Source: the human T2T-CHM13v2.0 reference genome, Homo sapiens
Direction: 5' to 3' (one strand)
NCBI RefSeq assembly: GCF_009914755.1
Contig: NC_060931.1
Length of the DNA: 64,000 bases
The notes beneath the pieces are model-generated. The model made no database searches and was not told the DNA's origin. It worked only from the letters and a program-made list of their open reading frames with translations. Positions 56,401-64,000 of the stretch are shown here, one piece after another. The position numbers were made by a program, and so were the translations under genes. Positions within the stretch are counted from its first letter, which is position 1. Every line of letters starts with the position of its first letter.

Positions 56401-59400
56401 TATATGGACCGCATTGAGGCCTTCGTTGGAAACGGGATTTCTTCATTTCATGCTAGACAGAAGAATTCTCAGTAACTTCTTTGTGCTGTGTGTATTCAAC
56501 TCACAGAGTGGAACGTCCCTTTGCACAGAGCAGATTTGAAACACTCTTTTTGTGGAGTTTGCAAGTGGAGATTTCAAGCGATTTGATGCCTACAGTAGAA
56601 AAGGAAATATCTTCAAATAAAAACTAGACAGAATCATTCTCAGAAACTACTTTGTGATGTGTGCCTTCAACTCACAGAGTTTAACCTTTCTTTTCTTAGA
56701 GCGGTTTAGAAACACTCTGCTTGTTATGTCTGCAAGTGGATATTTGGACCTCTTTGAGGCCTTCGTTGCAAACGGGGTTTCTTCCTTTCATGCTAGACTA
56801 AGAAGAGTTCTCAGTAACTTTTTTGTGTTGTGTGTATTCAACTCACAGAGTTGAACCTTGCTTTAGAGAGAGCAGATTTGAAACACTCTTGCTGTGGCAT
56901 TTTCAGGTGGAGATTTCAAGCGATTTGAGGACAATTGCAGAAAAGGAAATATCTTCGTATAATAACCAGACAGAATCATTCTCAGAAAGTGCTTTGTGAT
57001 GTGTGCGTTCAACTCACAGAGTTTAACCTTTCTTTTCATAGAGGAGTTTGGAAACACACTGTTTGTAAAGTCTGCAAGTGGATATATGGACCTGTTTGAG
57101 GCCTTCGTTGGAAACGGGATTTCTTCATTGAATGCTAGACGGAAGAATTCTCAGTAAATTCTTTGTGTTGTGTGCATTCAACTCACAGAGTGGAACGTCC
57201 CTTTAGACAGAGCAGATTTGAAACACTCTTTTTGCGGAATTTGCAAGTGGAGATTTCTAGCCATTTGATGCCAACAGTAGAAAGGGAAATATCTTCAAAT
57301 AAAAACCAGACAGAATCATTCTCAGAAAATACTTTGTGATATGTGCGTTCAACTCACATAGTTTAACCTTTCTTTTCATAGAGCAGTTTGGAAACACTCT
57401 GTTTGTAAAGTCTGCAAGTGGATATATGGACCGCATTGAGGCCTTCGTTGGAAACGGGATTTCTTCATTTCATGCTAGACAGAAGAATTCTCAGTAACTT
57501 CTTTGTGCTGTGTGTATTCAACTCACAGAGTGGAACGTCCCTTTGCACAGAGCAGATTTGAAACACTCTTTTTGTGGAGTTTGCCAGTGGAGATTTCAAG
57601 CGATTTGATGCCAACTGTAGAAAAGGAAATATCTTCAAATAAAAACTAGACAGAATCATTCTCAGAAACTACTTTGTGATGTGTGCCTTCAACTCACAGA
57701 GTTCAACCTTTCTTTTCTTAGAGCAGTTTAGAAACACTCTGCTTGTTATGTCTGCAAGTGGATATTTGGACCTCTTTGAGGCCTTCGTTGCAAACGGGGT
57801 TTCTTCCTTTCATGCTAGACTAAGAAGAGTTCTCAGTAACTTTTTTGTGTTGTGTGTATTCAACTCACAGAGTTGAACCTTGCTTTAGAGAGAGCAGATT
57901 TGAAACACTCTTGTTGTGGCATTTTCAGGTGGAGATTTCAAGCGATTTGAGGACAATTGCAGAAAAGGAAATATCTTCGTATAATAACCAGACAGAATCA
58001 TTCTCAGAAAGTGCTTTGTGATGTGTGCGTTCAACTCACAGAGTTTAACCTTTCTTTTCATAGAGGAGTTTGGAAACACACTGTTTGTAAAGTCTGCAAG
58101 TGGATACATGGACCTGTTTGAGGCCTTCGTTGGAAACGGGATTTCTTCATTGAATGCTAGACGGAAGAATTCTCAGTAAATTCTTTGTGTTGTGTGCATT
58201 CAACTCACAGAGTGGAACGTCCCTTTAGACAGAGCAGATTTGAAACACTCTTTTTGCGGAATTTGCAAGTGGAGATTTCTAGCCATTTGATGCCAACAGT
58301 AGAAAGGGAAATATCTTCAAATAAAAACCAGACAGAATCATTCTCAGAAAATTCTTTGTGATGTGTGCGTTCAACTCACATAGTTTAACCTTTCTTTTCA
58401 TAGAGCAGTTTGGAAACACTCTGTTTGTAAAGTCTGCAAGTGGATATATGGACCGCATTGAGGCCTTCGTTGGAAACGGGATTTCTTCATTTCATGCTAG
58501 ACAGAAGAATTCTCAGTAACTTCTTTGTGCTGTGTGTATTCAACTCACAGAGTGGAACGTCCCTTTGCACAGAGCAGATTTGAAACACTCTTTTTGTGGA
58601 GTTTGCAAGTGGAGATTTCAAGCGATTTGATGCCAACAGTAGAAAAGGAAATATCTTCAAATAAAAACTAGACAGAATCATTCTCAGAAACTACTTTGTG
58701 ATGTGTGCCTTCAACTCACAGAGTTCAACCTTTCTTTTCTTAGAGCAGTTTAGAAACACTCTGCTTGTTATGTCTGCAAGTGGATATTTGGACCTCTTTG
58801 AGGCCTTCGTTGCAAACGGGGTTTCTTCCTTTCATGCTAGACTAAGAAGAGTTCTCAGTAACTTTTTTGTGTTGTGTGTATTCAACTCACAGAGTTGAAC
58901 CTTGCTTTAGAGAGAGCAGATTTGAAACACTCTTGCTGTGGCATTTTCAGGTGGAGATTTCAAGCGATTTGAGGACAATTGCAGAAAAGGAAATATCTTC
59001 GTATAATAACCAGACAGAATCATTCTCAGAAAGTGCTTTGTGATGTGTGCGTTCAACTCACAGAGTTTAACCTTTCTTTTCATAGAGGAGTTTGGAAACA
59101 CACTGTTTGTAAAGTCTGCAAGTGGATATATGGACCTGTTTGAGGCCTTCGTTGGAAACGGGATTTCTTCATTGAATGCTAGACGGAAGAATTCTCAGTA
59201 AATTCTTTGTGTTGTGTGCATTCAACTCACAGAGTGGAACGTCCCTTTAGACAGAGCAGATTTGAAACCCTCTTTTTGCGGAATTTGCAAGTGGAGATTT
59301 CTAGCCATTTGATGCCAACAGTAGAAAGGGAAATATCTTCAAATAAAAACCAGACAGAATCATTCTCAGAAAATTCTTTGTGATGTGTGCGTTCAACTCA

Positions 59401-62400
59401 CATAGTTTAACCTTTCTTTTCATAGAGCAGTTTGGAAACACTCTGTTTGTAAAGTCTGCAAGTGGATATATGGACCGCATTGAGGCCTTCGTTGGAAACG
59501 GGATTTCTTCATTTCATGCTAGACAGAAGAATTCTCAGTAACTTCTTTGTGCTGTGTGTATTCAACTCACAGAGTGGAACGTCCCTTTGCACAGAGCAGA
59601 TTTGAAACACTCTTTTTGTGGAGTTTGCAAGTGGAGATTTCAAGCGATTTCATGCCAACAGTAGAAAAGGAAATATCTTCAAATAAAAACTAGAGAGAAT
59701 CATTCTCAGAAACTACTTTGTGATGTGTGCCTTCAACTCACAGAGTTCAACCTTTCTTTTCTTAGAGCAGTTTAGAAACACTCTGCTTGTTATGTCTGCA
59801 AGTGGATATTTGGACCTCTTTGAGGCCTTCGTTGCAAACGGGGTTTCTTCCTTTCATGCTAGACTAAGAAGAGTTCTCAGTAACTTTTTTGTGTTGTGTG
59901 TATTCAACTCACAGAGTTGAACCTTGCTTTAGAGAGAGCAGATTTGAAACACTCTTGCTGTGGCATTTTCAGGTGGAGATTTCAAGCGATTTGAGGACAA
60001 TTGCAGAAAAGGAAATATCTTCGTATAATAACCAGACAGAATCATTCTCAGAAAGTGCTTTGTGATGTGTGCGTTCAACTCACAGAGTTTAACCTTTCTT
60101 TTCATAGAGGAGTTTGGAAACACACTGTTTGTAAAGTCTGCAAGTGGATATATGGACCTGTTTGAGGCCTTCGTTGGAAACGGGATTTCTTCATTGAATG
60201 CTAGACGGAAGAATTCTCAGTAAATTCTTTGTGTTGTGTGCATTCAACTCACAGAGTGGAACGTCCCTTTAGACAGAGCAGATTTGAAACACTCTTTTTG
60301 CGGAATTTGCAAGTGGAGATTTCTAGCCATTTGATGCCAACAGTAGAAAGGGAAATATCTTCAAATAAAAACCAGACAGAATCATTCTCAGAAAATACTT
60401 TGTGATATGTGCGTTCAACTCACATAGTTTAACCTTTCTTTTCATAGAGCAGTTTGGAAACACTCTGTTTGTAAAGTCTGCAAGTGGATATATGGACCGC
60501 ATTGAGGCCTTCGTTGGAAACGGGATTTCTTCATTTCATGCTAGACAGAAGAATTCTCAGTAACTTCTTTGTGCTGTGTGTATTCAACTCACAGAGTGGA
60601 ACGTCCCTTTGCACAGAGCAGATTTGAAACACTCTTTTTGTGGAGTTTGCCAGTGGAGATTTCAAGCGATTTGATGCCAACAGTAGAAAAGGAAATATCT
60701 TCAAATAAAAACTAGACAGAATCATTCTCAGAAACTACTTTGTGATGTGTGCCTTCAACTCACAGAGTTCAACCTTTCTTTTCTTAGAGCAGTTTAGAAA
60801 CACTCTGCTTGTTATGTCTGCAAGTGGATATTTGGACCTCTTTGAGGCCTTCGTTGCAAACGGGGTTTCTTCCTTTCATGCTAGACTAAGAAGAGTTCTC
60901 AGTAACTTTTTTGTGTTGTGTGTATTCAACTCACAGAGTTGAACCTTGCTTTAGAGAGAGCAGATTTGAAACACTCTTGTTGTGGCATTTTCAGGTGGAG
61001 ATTTCAAGCGATTTGAGGACAATTGCAGAAAAGGAAATATCTTCGTATAATAACCAGACAGAATCATTCTCAGAAAGTGCTTTGTGATGTGTGCGTTCAA
61101 CTCACAGAGTTTAACCTTTCTTTTCATAGAGGAGTTTGGAAACACACTGTTTGTAAAGTCTGCAAGTGGATACATGGACCTGTTTGAGGCCTTCGTTGGA
61201 AACGGGATTTCTTCATTGAATGCTAGACGGAAGAATTCTCAGTAAATTCTTTGTGTTGTGTGCATTCAACTCACAGAGTGGAACGTCCCTTTAGACAGAG
61301 CAGATTTGAAACACTCTTTTTGCGGAATTTGCAAGTGGAGATTTCTAGCCATTTGATGCCAACAGTAGAAAGGGAAATATCTTCAAATAAAAACCAGACA
61401 GAATCATTCTCAGAAAATTCTTTGTGATGTGTGCGTTCAACTCACATAGTTTAACCTTTCTTTTCATAGAGCAGTTTGGAAACACTCTGTTTGTAAAGTC
61501 TGCAAGTGGATATATGGACCGCATTGAGGCCTTCGTTGGAAACGGGATTTCTTCATTTCATGCTAGACAGAAGAATTCTCAGTAACTTCTTTGTGCTGTG
61601 TGTATTCAACTCACAGAGTGGAACGTCCCTTTGCACAGAGCAGATTTGAAACACTCTTTTTGTGGAGTTTGCAAGTGGAGATTTCAAGCGATTTGATGCC
61701 AACAGTAGAAAAGGAAATATCTTCAAATAAAAACTAGACAGAATCATTCTCAGAAACTACTTTGTGATGTGTGCCTTCAACTCACAGAGTTCAACCTTTC
61801 TTTTCTTAGAGCAGTTTAGAAACACTCTGCTTGTTATGTCTGCAAGTGGATATTTGGACCTCTTTGAGGCCTTCGTTGCAAACGGGGTTTCTTCCTTTCA
61901 TGCTAGACTAAGAAGAGTTCGCAGTAACTTTTTTGTGTTGTGTGTATTCAACTCACAGAGTTGAACCTTGCTTTAGAGAGAGCAGATTTGAAACACTCTT
62001 GCTGTGGCATTTTCAGGTGGAGATTTCAAGCGATTTGAGGACAATTGCAGAAAAGGAAATATCTTCGTATAATAACCAGACAGAATCATTCTCAGAAAGT
62101 GCTTTGTGATGTGTGCGTTCAACTCACAGAGTTTAACCTTTCTTTTCATAGAGGAGTTTGGAAACACACTGTTTGTAAAGTCTGCAAGTGGATACATGGA
62201 CCTGTTTGAGGCCTTCGTTGGAAACGGGATTTCTTCATTGAATGCTAGACGGAAGAATTCTCAGTAAATTCTTTGTGTTGTGTGCATTCAACTCACAGAG
62301 TGGAACGTCCCTTTAGACAGAGCAGATTTGAAACACTCTTTTTGCGGAATTTGCAAGTGGAGATTTCTAGCCATTTGATGCCAACAGTAGAAAGGGAAAT

Positions 62401-63108
62401 ATCTTCAAATAAAAACCAGACAGAATCATCCTCAGAAAATTCTTTGTGATGTGTGCGTTCAACTCACATAGTTTAACCTTTCTTTTCATAGAGCAGTTTG
62501 GAAACACTCTGTTTGTAAAGTCTGCAAGTGGATATATGGACCGCATTGAGGCCTTCGTTGGAAACGGGATTTCTTCATTTCATGCTAGACAGAAGAATTC
62601 TCAGTAACTTCTTTGTGCTGTGTGTATTCAACTCACAGAGTGGAACGTCCCTTTGCACAGAGCAGATTTGAAAGACTCTTTTTGTGGAGTTTGCAAGTGG
62701 AGATTTCAAGCGATTTGATGCCAACAGTAGAAAAGGAAATATCTTCAAATAAAAACTAGACAGAATCATTCTCAGAAACTACTTTGTGATGTGTGCCTTC
62801 AACTCACAGAGTTCAACCTTTCTTTTCTTAGAGCGGTTTAGAAACACTCTGCTTGTTATGTCTGCAAGTGGATATTTGGACCTCTTTGAGGCCTTCGTTG
62901 CAAACGGGGTTTCTTCCTTTCATGCTAGACTAAGAAGAGTTCTCAGTAACTTTTTTGTGTTGTGTGTATTCAACTCACAGAGTTGAACCTTGCTTTAGAG
63001 AGAGCAGATTTGAAACACTCTTGCTGTGGCATTTTCAGGTGGAGATTTCAAGCGATTTGAGGACAATTGCAGAAAAGGAAATATCTTCGTATAATAACCA
63101 GACAGAAT

Positions 63109-64000
63109 CATTCTCAGAAAGTGCTTTGTGATGTGTGCGTTCAACTCACAGAGTTTAACCTTTCTTTTCATAGAGGAGTTTGGAAACACACTGTTTGTAA
63201 AGTCTGCAAGTGGATATATGGACCTGTTTGAGGCCTTCGTTGGAAACGGGATTTCTTCATTGAATGCTAGACGGAAGAATTCTCAGTAAATTCTTTGTGT
63301 TGTGTGCATTCAACTCACAGAGTGGAACGTCCCTTTAGACAGAGCAGATTTGAAACACTCTTTTTGCGGAATTTGCAAGTGGAGATTTCTAGCCATTTGA
63401 TGCCAACAGTAGAAAGGGAAATATCTTCAAATAAAAACCAGACAGAATCATTCTCAGAAAATTCTTTGTGATGTGTGCGTTCAACTCACATAGTTTAACC
63501 TTTCTTTTCATAGAGCAGTTTGGAAACACTCTGTTTGTAAAGTCTGCAAGTGGATATATGGACCGCATTGAGGCCTTCGTTGGAAACGGGATTTCTTCAT
63601 TTCATGCTAGACAGAAGAATTCTCAGTAACTTCTTTGTGCTGTGTGTATTCAACTCACAGAGTGGAACGTCCCTTTACACAGAGCAGATTTGAAACACTC
63701 TTTTTGTGGAGTTTGCAAGTGGAGATTTCAAGCGATTTGATGCCAACAGTAGAAAAGGAAATATCTTCAAATAAAAACTAGACAGAATCATTCTCAGAAA
63801 CTACTTTGTGATGTGTGCCTTCAACTCACAGAGTTTAACCTTTCTTTTCTTAGAGCAGTTTAGAAACACTCTGCTTGTTACGTCTGCAAGTGGATATTTG
63901 GACCTCTTTGAGGCCTTCGTTGCAAACGGGGTTTCTTCCTTTCATGCTAGACTAAGAAGAGTTCTCAGTAACTTTTTTGTGTTGTGTGTATTCAACTCAC
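63109..64000 (+). repeat. Final partial HOR (m1-m5 plus start of m6), truncated by the window edge
   Basis: The m1 start CATTCTCAGAAAGTGC is at 63109 and the array runs to the last base. Confidence 0.93.

Larger units (their letters stand above)
1..64000 (+). repeat. Centromeric alpha-satellite HOR array, 1022-bp 6-mer, SF1 (J1/J2 dimeric); likely human chr7 D7Z1 / S1C7H1L
   Basis: Monomers of 169-171 bp start CATTCTCAGAAA or A(A/G)TTCTCAGTAA and carry alphoid motifs (TTCAACTCACAGAG, GAAACACTC, TGCAAGTGGA). The 1022-bp period is exact in the ORF track (792, 1814, 2836...). A CENP-B box occurs in every second monomer. The alpha-satellite identity is certain; the D7Z1 assignment (about 0.8) rests on the 6-mer size, SF1 structure and EcoRI 340/682 spacing, from recalled knowledge. 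Confidence 0.99.

Noticed and set aside
27758-62674. Possible mutation hotspot in the GAAACAC motif (27758, 36785-type, 42234, 62674)
   Set aside because: The motif occurs in all six monomers and the changes hit different bases or monomers, so the count is compatible with chance.
581-63189. About 180 ORFs of 63-77 aa repeating every 1022 bp on both strands
   Set aside because: They are translations of alpha satellite. They appear, vanish or frameshift with single SNVs or the 2-bp deletion, many use GTG starts, and they have no recognisable domain or gene context. They are useful only as variant reporters.
1-64000. CRISPR-like or other prokaryotic repeat-spacer system
   Set aside because: There are no unique spacers and no cas or other genes. 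Every base belongs to the tandem alphoid HOR.
1-64000. L1/Alu insertion, inversion or monomeric (diverged) alpha-satellite segment
   Set aside because: Length accounting closes exactly: 63109-93 = 62x1022 - 340 - 4x2. That leaves no room for an insertion, and orientation is constant throughout.
1-64000. Assignment to the chr1/5/19 SF1 array (D1Z7/D5Z2/D19Z3)
   Set aside because: From recollection, that array has GAACGATCCTTTA and GAGGTCAATGGTAG-type monomers, whereas this one has GAACGTCCCTTT and GATGCCAACAGTAG with a strict 1022-bp period. D7Z1 is preferred, but an HMM or BLAST search is needed to settle it.

Overview
The whole 64-kb window is one uninterrupted, single-orientation alpha-satellite array of the human/great-ape type. 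It is a 1022-bp six-monomer higher-order repeat (HOR) made of three ~340-bp dimers, each pairing a CENP-B-box monomer with an A-type (pJalpha-like) monomer, i.e. suprachromosomal family 1 (J1/J2) organisation. The best match from memory is the human chromosome 7 active array D7Z1 (S1C7H1L); this is not confirmed by a search. There are 62 complete units between 93 and 63108 (61 hexamers plus one 682-bp tetramer) and partial units at both ends. Copies differ by only a few bases per kb. I found no credible genes, RNA genes, transposon insertions, inversions or CRISPR arrays, and all listed ORFs are by-products of the repeat. I see no previously undescribed biological system. What the window does record is recent array evolution: a 340-bp out-of-register deletion with a hybrid monomer, a recurrent 2-bp deletion, local 2-, 3- and 5-HOR duplications marked by shared SNVs, recombinant HOR haplotypes, and apparently intact CENP-B boxes with repeated changes at the base just 5' of the box. 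Variant positions were read by eye, helped by the ORF track, and need confirming by alignment.
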